Assembly (NCBI GenBank): GCA_019634405.1
Contig: JAHQVI010000149.1
Coordinates: forward strand, 1-37,221
Reading direction: 5' to 3'
DNA: 37,221 nucleotides
From: Hyphomicrobiales bacterium
GTDB taxonomy: Bacteria > Pseudomonadota > Alphaproteobacteria > Rhizobiales > Rhodomicrobiaceae
The position numbers were made by a program, and so were the translations under genes. The notes under the pieces are model-generated. The model worked only from the letters and a program-made list of their open reading frames with translations. It was not told the origin of the DNA and did not search any database. How positions within the stretch are numbered: position 1 is the stretch's first letter; the number at the start of each line of letters is the position of its first letter. Shown one piece after another: positions 25,797 to 33,825 of the stretch.

Positions 25797-27287
25797 TCAG
25801 GCGGTTGAGCCGGTTTGCGGGACCTCGGCGCTGCCCGCGAACCATGCCAGCTTGTCCCGCAAGGTAACCACCGTGCCTATGACGATGATGGCCGGACCGT
25901 CGAGCGCTGCCTCATCGACCTTTTTTGTGATGTCGCTCATCTTGCCGGTCACAACGCGCTGCCGCCGCCGCGTCCCCTTGTCCACGACGGCAACGGGCAT
26001 ATCCGGCGACATTCCATGTTTAAGAAAGGAGCTTGCCAGTTGGCTGATCATTCCGAGGCCCATGTATATGGCCACGGTCTGGTTCGGCTGGATAAGCGCT
26101 TTCCAGTTCAGATCGACCTCTCCGTCTTTCGCATGGCCAGTGACGAAGATGCAGGTTTGCGCATGATCGCGATGTGTCAGCGGAATGCCGGCATAGGCTG
26201 CGCAACCGGCTGCCGCCGTTATTCCTGGCACTACCTGGAAGGGAATATCGTGACGCGCGATTTCTTCTATTTCCTCGCCGCCCCGCCCGAATATGAACGG
26301 ATCGCCGCCCTTGAGCCGCAGAACACGCTTGCCTTCCAGCGCTAAGGTTGCGAGCAGGCGGCTGATATCCTCCTGTCCCATCGTATGTTCGTTCTTCTTC
26401 TTGCCAACATAGATGCGCTCGGCATCGCGCCGGACGAGCGACATGATGCGCGGCCCGATCAGCCGGTCATAGAGCACGACATCGGCGCGTTGCATCAGTC
26501 TCAATGCGCGAAACGTCAGCAAATCAGGATCGCCCGGCCCCGTCCCCACCAGATAGACTTCGCCGACGGGCGTGCCGCTTCCGGTCGAAAACGCTTCGAG
26601 CTTTTCGTAAAAGGCGGTTTCCGCGCCCGCAATGTCGCCCGCCATGACGCGTTCGCCAACCACGCTTTCGGCGACGTCTTCCCAGAAACGGCGGCGCTGT
26701 GTTCCATCGGCGATCCGCTCTGCGACCTCATCGCGAAAACGGGCGAGAAAGTAGGAAAGGTCGCCGATTGTGGCCGGTATTGTGCTTTCCAGCTCGGCCT
26801 TTATGGTGCGCGCCAGAATGGGTGATGCGCCGGAGGACGAGATCGCGGCGACGAACGGCGTTCTGTCGAGAATGGCGGGCGTAATGAAATCGCAAAGCTC
26901 CATCGTATCCGCGACATTGACAAGAACGCCTGCGGCGCGCGCCAGATCGTGCAGCTTTTTGTCATTGTCGAAATTCTCTTCTGCGCCATAGGCGAGAATT
27001 GCGCCGCTGAGATCGTCTGGCTCGGCAGGACGGCGAAAATGGGTGACATCGGGATTTGCGAGAAACGGGTCCAGCTCAGGCGTCGGCTCACTGGCGAAGA
27101 CCTTGACGTGGGCGCCAGCGCTCAGGGCGCGTTCGATGCGTCGGGCCGCGAGCGTTCCGCCGCCGCTCACGACGACAGTCTTGCTGCGAATGTCGAGAAA
27201 AATGGGAAGATGATCCAAAAGCCAAGCCGCTCCGTAACGCTGTTGCCGAATTAACAGATTCAGTACCCGGCGACCCCGCAATTGCAA
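25797..27287 (-). CDS. cysG: Siroheme synthase (precorrin-2 dehydrogenase/ferrochelatase + uroporphyrinogen-III C-methyltransferase)
   Basis: The N-terminal Rossmann segment VVVSGGGTLAARRIE is preceded by DHLPIFLDI. The C-terminal SUMT segment is VYLVGTGPGDPDLLTFRA. The true start may be the TTG at 27218 (giving M-DHLPIF), with GGAG 10 nt upstream. Confidence 0.9.
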   Translation of the reverse strand: MQLRGRRVLNLLIRQQRYGAAWLLDHLPIFLDIRSKTVVVSGGGTLAARRIERALSAGAHVKVFASEPTPELDPFLANPDVTHFRRPAEPDDLSGAILAYGAEENFDNDKKLHDLARAAGVLVNVADTMELCDFITPAILDRTPFVAAISSSGASPILARTIKAELESTIPATIGDLSYFLARFRDEVAERIADGTQRRRFWEDVAESVVGERVMAGDIAGAETAFYEKLEAFSTGSGTPVGEVYLVGTGPGDPDLLTFRALRLMQRADVVLYDRLIGPRIMSLVRRDAERIYVGKKKNEHTMGQEDISRLLATLALEGKRVLRLKGGDPFIFGRGGEEIEEIARHDIPFQVVPGITAAAGCAAYAGIPLTHRDHAQTCIFVTGHAKDGEVDLNWKALIQPNQTVAIYMGLGMISQLASSFLKHGMSPDMPVAVVDKGTRRRQRVVTGKMSDITKKVDEAALDGPAIIVIGTVVTLRDKLAWFAGSAEVPQTGSTA

Positions 27288-27355
27288 GAGAAAGCTTGGT
27301 GATCAGCTTTTGCGACGCAATGGCCGCGCGGCACCGGTTCTCTGGCGAGCGGCGT

Positions 27356-28219
27356 TCATCGCTGGCTGGTCTGGAAATAATTGACAAGATCGTTGGCAAC
27401 CGGAGCCTTGTGATTCCAGAATACCGTTAATGCGCCAATGATTTCGATATGGTCAATTCCAGGATAGGTCTTGATTTCGACATCTCCGCCAATATCGCGG
27501 ATCTTCGCCGCCAGCGTTTTCGAATTGTAGAGACGAAACACATCATCATCCAGCCCATGAAGCAATAACATAGGCGGCTGCTGGCCGTCGATGAATTCTG
27601 GTGCCTGCATTTGCTTGTATCGTTCGGGAGGTCCGAACATGTCCTTCAGGTCTTCGTCCTCCGGAATAAAATTATAAGGTCCTGCAAGACCGGCAAAGGC
27701 CGAGATGATGTTCCTTGTCTTCCGGTGAGCCTGAAGATATTTCGGGTCTACCGCAATCAGCGCGGCAATGTGAGCGCCCGCAGAATGGCCGGCCAGGAAG
27801 AGCCGGTCAGGATCGCCGCCATGATCCGCAATGTAGCTATGCACCCAGGCTGTTGCTGCCGCGCCATCTTCAACAAAAACAGGGAACTTCACGTTCGGAT
27901 ATTTGCGATAATCCGGAATGACGACAATAAATCCCTGTTTCGCCAGCCGGTGACCAACAAAGGCATAGTCCTGCTTCCGGCCTTCTGTCCAACGGCCTCC
28001 GTAGAAAAAGACGATGACCGGCAAGCTGTGGTTTTCGGATGTTTCGGGTGTGTATATGTCAAGTCTTTGCGCTTCGAGCGGCCCATAGGAGAGGTCGGAC
28101 GAGACGGAAACGTTACTGAAAAGAGTTGGCAAATTGGCAATCGTGAAGGAATTGGAAGCATATAGCGTGGCGGAACCGGCCATGAGCGCGCCAATTGCAA
28201 TCAAAATCCATAGTTTCAT
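27356..28219 (-). CDS. Secreted alpha/beta hydrolase (esterase/lipase-type)
   Basis: Signal peptide MKLWILIAIGALMAGSATLYASNS, an oxyanion-region VFFYGGRW, the nucleophile elbow GHSAGAH and HGLDD. Confidence 0.85.
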   Translation of the reverse strand: MKLWILIAIGALMAGSATLYASNSFTIANLPTLFSNVSVSSDLSYGPLEAQRLDIYTPETSENHSLPVIVFFYGGRWTEGRKQDYAFVGHRLAKQGFIVVIPDYRKYPNVKFPVFVEDGAAATAWVHSYIADHGGDPDRLFLAGHSAGAHIAALIAVDPKYLQAHRKTRNIISAFAGLAGPYNFIPEDEDLKDMFGPPERYKQMQAPEFIDGQQPPMLLLHGLDDDVFRLYNSKTLAAKIRDIGGDVEIKTYPGIDHIEIIGALTVFWNHKAPVANDLVNYFQTSQR

Positions 28220-28388
28220 ACCGGGTCCTTCCGGTCTGATCGCTACGCGCGACGGTGTCAGTTTGCGTGGACGCTCGCATATTCAATCGGCATCCTTATG
28301 TCCGAAACGGGGGCCGGTGGAGCTTTTGAATGTGACAATTGAGGTTAAGCCAGCCCGCAAATGGGACTCAAATGTTCAATCTGTTCCG

Positions 28389-28433
28389 CTAGAGCGCATT
28401 TGCGAAAATCGGGTCCCGTTTTGCGTGTGAACC
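28389..28433 (+). repeat. Copy of a short intergenic repeat family (CTAGAGCGC...GCGAAAATCGGGTCCCGTTTTGCGTGTGAACC)
   Basis: It shares the CTAGAGCGC head and the GCGAA..CGG..CCCG..TT core with the reverse complement of 37111..37160. Related pieces occur at 37010..37061, 32075..32115 and 14478..14512. Confidence 0.45.
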
Positions 28434-28658
28434 TGGTGGCTTAAACAGTAGAGATAGAACGCTTCCGTTGGTTCAGGTGAAATGTCTGGCGATGCAGACG
28501 TTTTTTGAGCTGAAATGTAAGGCGCGTCTCTCGTGGAACTCGGCCGAGAGACGCAAATGGAGAGCGTGATCACGTAAGCCATGCGGCCCGCAAATAAGAA
28601 CAGAGACGCCCTATCTTTATTCGCCGCGAAATGACCCGTCTTGTGCCGTACAGGCCAA

Positions 28659-29492
28659 TCAGTCCGCCATGTTAAACTTGTAGGAAAGCCCAAGCAGGCC
28701 GAAGAACTGATTTTCGTTTTCGACGATCGTGCTGTCAGCGGCGTCACCGAGAAGGCGACTGTATTTTGCGCTGCCGCGTACCGACCAGTTTTGATCAAGT
28801 TGGGTCTGAACGCCGATCTGGGCATTAACGTCCTTGAAACCGGCATCCGCTTCAAACAGATCGGCGGGCCCAGCGCCGGAGACGCTAAAGTAGCTGTCCA
28901 TATAACCCTCATCAGCGTAAGTGGCGCCAATGCGAGCGGTCAGCTTGGTGCGGTCGCTGACATAGCGAACTGATTCGGCACCGAACCGGATCTGGTAGCC
29001 GTCGGCGTCGCCGAAAAAGTGGTGATAGGAGACGTCGAACAGGATGGGGCCGAAATTGTAGCCAATAAAGCCGCCGCCAACAAAGCCGCCGTCAATATCG
29101 CCGAGGCCCTCAAGCAGATCGCCGTCATCTTCGTCGCGGCCCATATCATAACCGGCTAGTGGCCCGGCGAGGAAGCCGTTACGGTCGATCAGCTTGAAGC
29201 GGATATCGTCGAGCCCGTAAACATCGAAGCGGTTGAAAAAGCTGGGGCCATTGCCCATGACAGGAAAAATATAAGGTAAGCCAAAGGCTTCGTATTCGTC
29301 AGATCCTTCATAGCTTGGCCGGACACCTATAAAACCGCCAACTTTTATTGCTTCGATTGAGCGGTCAGAAGCGCCAGCGGCGTCATCCTTGTAGCTTTCA
29401 TCCAGATCTGCGGCGGATGCGCTCGCGGAGACGGCCAGGGCGAATGCGATGGCTGACAGGCCATGACAGCATTTGTAGGAAAAATGAGACAT
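28659..29492 (-). CDS. MipA/OmpV-family outer-membrane protein
   Basis: Start taken at MSHFSYKCCHGLSAIAFALAVSASASA, followed by ADL. It has beta-barrel-like alternating segments and the C-terminal ...FFGLLGLSYKFNMAD. The family call is by overall resemblance, so confidence is moderate. Confidence 0.7.
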   Translation of the reverse strand: MSHFSYKCCHGLSAIAFALAVSASASAADLDESYKDDAAGASDRSIEAIKVGGFIGVRPSYEGSDEYEAFGLPYIFPVMGNGPSFFNRFDVYGLDDIRFKLIDRNGFLAGPLAGYDMGRDEDDGDLLEGLGDIDGGFVGGGFIGYNFGPILFDVSYHHFFGDADGYQIRFGAESVRYVSDRTKLTARIGATYADEGYMDSYFSVSGAGPADLFEADAGFKDVNAQIGVQTQLDQNWSVRGSAKYSRLLGDAADSTIVENENQFFGLLGLSYKFNMAD

Positions 29493-29724
29493 GTGTTCCC
29501 TGCATTTTTTTGTCTTTATAATAGAACTCACTTGTTATCTCGTTACGTAATATTGCTAAAGGCCTTATTTTCTGCCGACATGTGGCTTTCCAGGCATAAT
29601 ACTGCCTTCAAATCCTCCCAATTCTCTCCGACTACATTCTTGCAGTTGCTCGGATCGTTAGTTGTAACCTATTGGGAACAAACAGCTTTTCATTCATAAA
29701 ACGATATGTCTATACGGTGTGGGG

Positions 29725-30468
29725 ATGAATCACGGAACTTTTTATAAAGAGTGGCTTCGGGGTGTCTGGAGAGATCCAAAGCAGTTTTTCGAGACGCGCA
29801 AGACACGTATGTGCCCATGCTGTGGATATAAAGGCGTATTCGTTTCCGCCAAACGTCGAGGTCCCAGAGAATTCAGATGCCCGAACTGTGCGTCCAGGCC
29901 CCGCGACCGTCAGATTGCAAGTCTGATCGCGATGCCGGATCTGGCGTTGTCACAAAAGAAGATACTCCATTTTGCTCCCGAACACTGGCTGTTCAATAGA
30001 TTAAAGACAGAGGAAGATTATATTGGCGGTGATATAATCAAAAGAAAATCAGCCAACGCCGTGGTTGACATTACAAATATTATTTTTCCTGACAAATATT
30101 TTGACGTTATTATTTGTAATCATGTTTTAGAGCACGTAGACGAAGATAGTATTGCAATTGCGGAATGTTTTCGCGTGCTGTCAGATGATGGATTTGCGTT
30201 ATTTACGGTTCCCATCGATCCAAGCAGGCAAAATACATGGGAACCCCCTGAAACCATGAGTACGGAAGAAGTCGAAAAAATTTGCGGCTGGGATCATAAG
30301 CGGCTTTACGGTCTTGATATTGTAAATCGTTTTCAGGATGCAGGTTTTCACTCTGAAGTTATTTGGTTCACTCAGGCTGAACGGGAATTATACCGTCTGT
30401 TTAACGAGCCTATATTTTTTCTCAGCAAGAACAATTATGAAAAATATCGCAGGTCGATAGTTCGATGA
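29725..30468 (+). CDS. Class I SAM-dependent methyltransferase with an N-terminal CxxC...CxxC zinc ribbon
   Basis: The zinc-ribbon region reads MCPCCGYKGVFVSAKRRGPREFRCPNCASRP. The Methyltransf_11-like core reads ILHFAPE...FDVIICNHVLEHVDEDSIAIAECFRVLSDDGFALFTVP. The gene is markedly AT-rich relative to its neighbours. Confidence 0.8.
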   Translation: MNHGTFYKEWLRGVWRDPKQFFETRKTRMCPCCGYKGVFVSAKRRGPREFRCPNCASRPRDRQIASLIAMPDLALSQKKILHFAPEHWLFNRLKTEEDYIGGDIIKRKSANAVVDITNIIFPDKYFDVIICNHVLEHVDEDSIAIAECFRVLSDDGFALFTVPIDPSRQNTWEPPETMSTEEVEKICGWDHKRLYGLDIVNRFQDAGFHSEVIWFTQAERELYRLFNEPIFFLSKNNYEKYRRSIVR

Positions 30469-30639
30469 ATTTGGTCTCGGCAAAGCGCGAGCCGTGTTCT
30501 TGCCCGTGCGGCTAAGATGGGCACATTGCTAGACATGTCGATAAGGCTGGTGCTAGAACTGGGCTGATTTTATCAATTGTAATTCCCGGCGATCACTGTC
30601 CGCTATCACCGCTTTGGCGACCGGACAAGGGGGCAATGA

Positions 30640-32001
30640 ATGGATATTGCACATACGCACGTGCAATCGCTTGGCGAGGCTGAAAGCGTCTGGTTCAAGC
30701 TCGGTCTACTGACAAAAGAAACACATCCGATGCAGGTGCTGATGCGCCTGAACGACCGCTATGGCGGCTGCGTGCCGATCAACCTCAAGGATGAGCGCAT
30801 CTTCTTCCTGAGCGAAGTCGATTATTTCGAGCAGGTCATGGTCAAAGGCGCGGACAAATACGGCAAATATTTCGATGGCCTGCATCCGATCTTCGGCAAT
30901 TCGATGATCACGATCGACGGGGCGCTCTGGCAGAAAATCCGCATGCCGCAGCAGCAGGCCTTTACTCCGAAGATGTTCAGCGAATATCTGCCCTATCTGT
31001 TGTCGTCCGTTAAGGACAAGGCGCGCGACTGGGAGCGCATTGCAGAAAGTGGCGAAACCGTCAATCTGCTGGAAGAGACGTGGGGGCTGGCCGCCAGCAT
31101 GATCTGCAAGGCGATGTTCAATCGCGAGGTGCCCTTTAATCCGCAGGTGATTTTCCGCGCGGTCAAGACCTATACCGATGTCGGCCAGCACAATTCCATC
31201 CGCATGAAGAAGGTGAATGGCGCGACCGAGGTTTCAAGCGAGGAAGCCGCCGCGGATGCGATTCTGAAGTGGTTGTCCGTGCCGAGCGAGGTGCTTGGCG
31301 CAAATCCGCATGATGCGGTGCGCGGAAAATCGCTGCTTTCGATTCTTCAGGAAGCGTCAGACAATCCGGACCAGCCGGAATTCAACGAAGCGCAGATCAT
31401 TGACGAGATGAAGCAGTATCTCTGGGCGGGAACCGAGACGACCGCGCTGACGCTGGCTTGGTGCTTCTACCTGCTGCATCTTTACCCCGATGTTGCCGCG
31501 CGCATCCGCAAGGAGGGCGAAGACGCTTATGGCGACCGCGTTCCCACATGGGAAGACGTCCATAATCTGACCTATACGCGCTCGGTGCTTCAGGAAACCA
31601 TGCGCCTCTATCCGCCGATCTGGAGCTTCATCCGGCAGGCAGTTGCCGAAGACGAGATCGGCGGTCACAAGGTCAAGCCGGGCGACAAGATGGTCATGTG
31701 CGCTTACATTGTGCATCACCATCCGAAATACTGGGACGATCCCGACACGTTCAATCCGGATCGCTTCCTGCCGGAAAATTCAGGTAAAAGAAAGCGTTAC
31801 AGCTATCTGCCATTTGGCGCGGGCAAGCGCTCCTGTATTGGCGGCGCGTTGTCGCTGGTCGAGAACACGCTGGCGCTGACCCAGCTTCTGCGCCGGTTCC
31901 GGCCGGAATATCAGGGAGAAGTGCCCGCCGGCATCAGCGCGACGGTTACGTTGACGCCGGAAAACGGCACGTTGCCATTCAAGATCCGGGCTGTTTCGTA
32001 A
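30640..32001 (+). CDS. Cytochrome P450
   Basis: The ExxR motif is ETMRLYPP and the heme-thiolate loop is FGAGKRSCIGGALS. Length is 453 aa. Confidence 0.9.
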   Translation: MDIAHTHVQSLGEAESVWFKLGLLTKETHPMQVLMRLNDRYGGCVPINLKDERIFFLSEVDYFEQVMVKGADKYGKYFDGLHPIFGNSMITIDGALWQKIRMPQQQAFTPKMFSEYLPYLLSSVKDKARDWERIAESGETVNLLEETWGLAASMICKAMFNREVPFNPQVIFRAVKTYTDVGQHNSIRMKKVNGATEVSSEEAAADAILKWLSVPSEVLGANPHDAVRGKSLLSILQEASDNPDQPEFNEAQIIDEMKQYLWAGTETTALTLAWCFYLLHLYPDVAARIRKEGEDAYGDRVPTWEDVHNLTYTRSVLQETMRLYPPIWSFIRQAVAEDEIGGHKVKPGDKMVMCAYIVHHHPKYWDDPDTFNPDRFLPENSGKRKRYSYLPFGAGKRSCIGGALSLVENTLALTQLLRRFRPEYQGEVPAGISATVTLTPENGTLPFKIRAVS

Positions 32002-32043
32002 AAGAACAGCCTCGCGCTCGCGCATCCCAAACCTTCAAAAGAT

Positions 32044-32074
32044 CCGGCGCTCAACCTGTTCGTTCAAGCGCCGG
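32044..32074. terminator. Hairpin between the convergent P450 and RimK-fusion genes
   Basis: CCGGCGCT (32044..32051) pairs with AGCGCCGG (32067..32074) around a 15-nt loop. Confidence 0.45.
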
Positions 32075-32122
32075 ACCGGTAACCGGTATCCGCTTTTCGG
32101 TTCGATGCGGTCACCTGATCCG

Positions 32123-33538
32123 TCAGACTACGACCTCGGCGGTTGCGGTCTGACGCTTGATCGTGGTGCGCGCCTTGAAGGTTCTTGATTCGATGAATTC
32201 AATCACGCTACGGGCGACATCATGCCCGGTCGTGGTCTCGATGCCATGAAGACCAGGGGAGGAATTGACCTCCAGCAGAAGCGGCCCCTGCGATGAGCGC
32301 ACCATGTCAACACCGGCGAATTTAAGTCCCATAAGCCGAGCGGCACGTACCGCCAGCTTGCGTTCCTCGGATGTAATCTTTATCGGCGTAGCCGAGCCGC
32401 CTGCATGAAGATTGGCGCGAAAATCGTCGGGTGGCGCATTTCGGGACATAGACGCAATCACCTTGCCGTCCAGCACAATGCTGCGAATGTCCTGACCGCC
32501 GGCATCGGCTATAAATTGCTGGACAAGGAAGTTCGCCTCGGCGTTCCGGAAGGCGTCGATCACGGATTGCGCGGACTTCTTGTTCTCCGCCAGGACAACG
32601 CCCTTGCCCTGCGAGCTACGAAGCAGCTTCACGACCAATGGTGGGCCGCCCACCATTTCGATGAGATCATCGGTATCGTGCGGCGAGCTTGCAAACGCAG
32701 TGGTCGGCATAGGCAGGCCGCTCGACGCCATCAGTTGATGCGCCAGCAATTTATCGCGCGAATTGGTGATGCCGCTCGCTGAATTGACGCAATACGCCCC
32801 GGTCATCTCAAATTGACGGACAACCGCCGTGCCATAGGCGGAGATCTGAGGGCCGATGCGCGGGATGACGGCGTCAAAAAAGGGCAGGGCCGTACCGTCA
32901 TAATGGACCGCGCTGGCGAGCGAATTGATGTTCATGTAGCAGCGCGTCGTGCGGATCGCTTCGATGACGTGGTCGCGCGCTCCAGCCGCCGCAACGAAAC
33001 GGCTGTTGGAATAATTGTCCGGCTCCATGGTCAGGAGCGCGATGCGAAGCGGGCGTTCGATGGGCGGCTGTCGCCGATTCTTGTAGACGTTGTAATTGAG
33101 CAGCCCCTGCTTGAATTCGCTCCACGGCTCCACGACGGCCTCTTCGCTCTCAAGCGCAGTACGGCCGAGCAGCATGCGGTGTGCCATTGTCTCGCGGTTG
33201 GACAGCGAAACTTCGATCGGCCACTCCTGGTTGCCGATCCGTATCGGCGTCTCGATAATATAGCGCTGTTCAGCCTGTCCGTTAGAGCTGATGACCGGGC
33301 GGCGATCGACGACCTTGGCCGTACAGTAAACCTCAATGGCGTCATTGCCTTCGACGGGGTGGACGCCGAACCGCACTTTCGGCTGGTTTTCCGGTCCGAA
33401 GGTTTCGATCGAGAATGCATGCAACGCAGATGTCCGCGCGCCAGTATCGACCTTGGCCTTGATCGCAGGCAGTCCGAGTTGAGGGAGCGCTACCCACTCG
33501 CGCCATCCCACTTTCAAGCGGCTGGATTGTGCGGTCAT
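32123..33538 (-). CDS. Fusion of a RimB-like retropepsin-fold protease domain ('ATP-dependent zinc protease' family) to a RimK-type ATP-grasp alpha-L-glutamate ligase
   Basis: The N-terminal ~150 aa, KVGWREWVALPQLGLPAIKAKVDTGARTSALHA..., contains the D-T-G-A aspartic-protease-like signature. The C-terminal ~300 aa is collinear with RimK (LRIALL..., PLVVKLLRSSQGKGVVL, FLVQQFI, DIRSIVLDGKV, ANLHAGG, GVDMVRSSQGPLLLEVNSSPG). I prefer the ATG at 33538 over the TTG at 33553. Confidence 0.85.
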   Translation of the reverse strand: MTAQSSRLKVGWREWVALPQLGLPAIKAKVDTGARTSALHAFSIETFGPENQPKVRFGVHPVEGNDAIEVYCTAKVVDRRPVISSNGQAEQRYIIETPIRIGNQEWPIEVSLSNRETMAHRMLLGRTALESEEAVVEPWSEFKQGLLNYNVYKNRRQPPIERPLRIALLTMEPDNYSNSRFVAAAGARDHVIEAIRTTRCYMNINSLASAVHYDGTALPFFDAVIPRIGPQISAYGTAVVRQFEMTGAYCVNSASGITNSRDKLLAHQLMASSGLPMPTTAFASSPHDTDDLIEMVGGPPLVVKLLRSSQGKGVVLAENKKSAQSVIDAFRNAEANFLVQQFIADAGGQDIRSIVLDGKVIASMSRNAPPDDFRANLHAGGSATPIKITSEERKLAVRAARLMGLKFAGVDMVRSSQGPLLLEVNSSPGLHGIETTTGHDVARSVIEFIESRTFKARTTIKRQTATAEVVV

Positions 33539-33825
33539 AAGCAAACGCTCCAAGCTGCCGTTACAGAACAGCGGATTATGCTCCGCGACGCCATTCGCCA
33601 GCTATCCTCGCGCATGGACGCCTCCATAGCAAATCGAAACTGATCCGGTGCTCTTGCCGTGATAGCTGCCAACTCCAGCCGAGCATGCTTATTACCGAAC
33701 GACTCTTTAATAATTCCTTCCATCAGGAATTTGACGAAAGGCCAGAATGTCTTAGGCGATTCAACCCACATGAATAAAGTAAAAGCAGTATATAAAAAGC
33801 GATTTAGACACAGTGTATTTCATTA

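Noticed and set aside
32813-33643. 276-aa plus-strand ORF antisense to the RimK fusion
   Set aside because: It is an Arg/Asp-rich antisense translation with no motifs. The minus-strand frame is collinear with RimK.
33535-33771. 78-aa minus-strand ORF just upstream of, and overlapping, the RimK-fusion start
   Set aside because: It has no RBS before its ATG and no recognisable family, and its second half is low-complexity and overlaps the RimK start. It could be a leader peptide or small protein, but I cannot support it from sequence alone.
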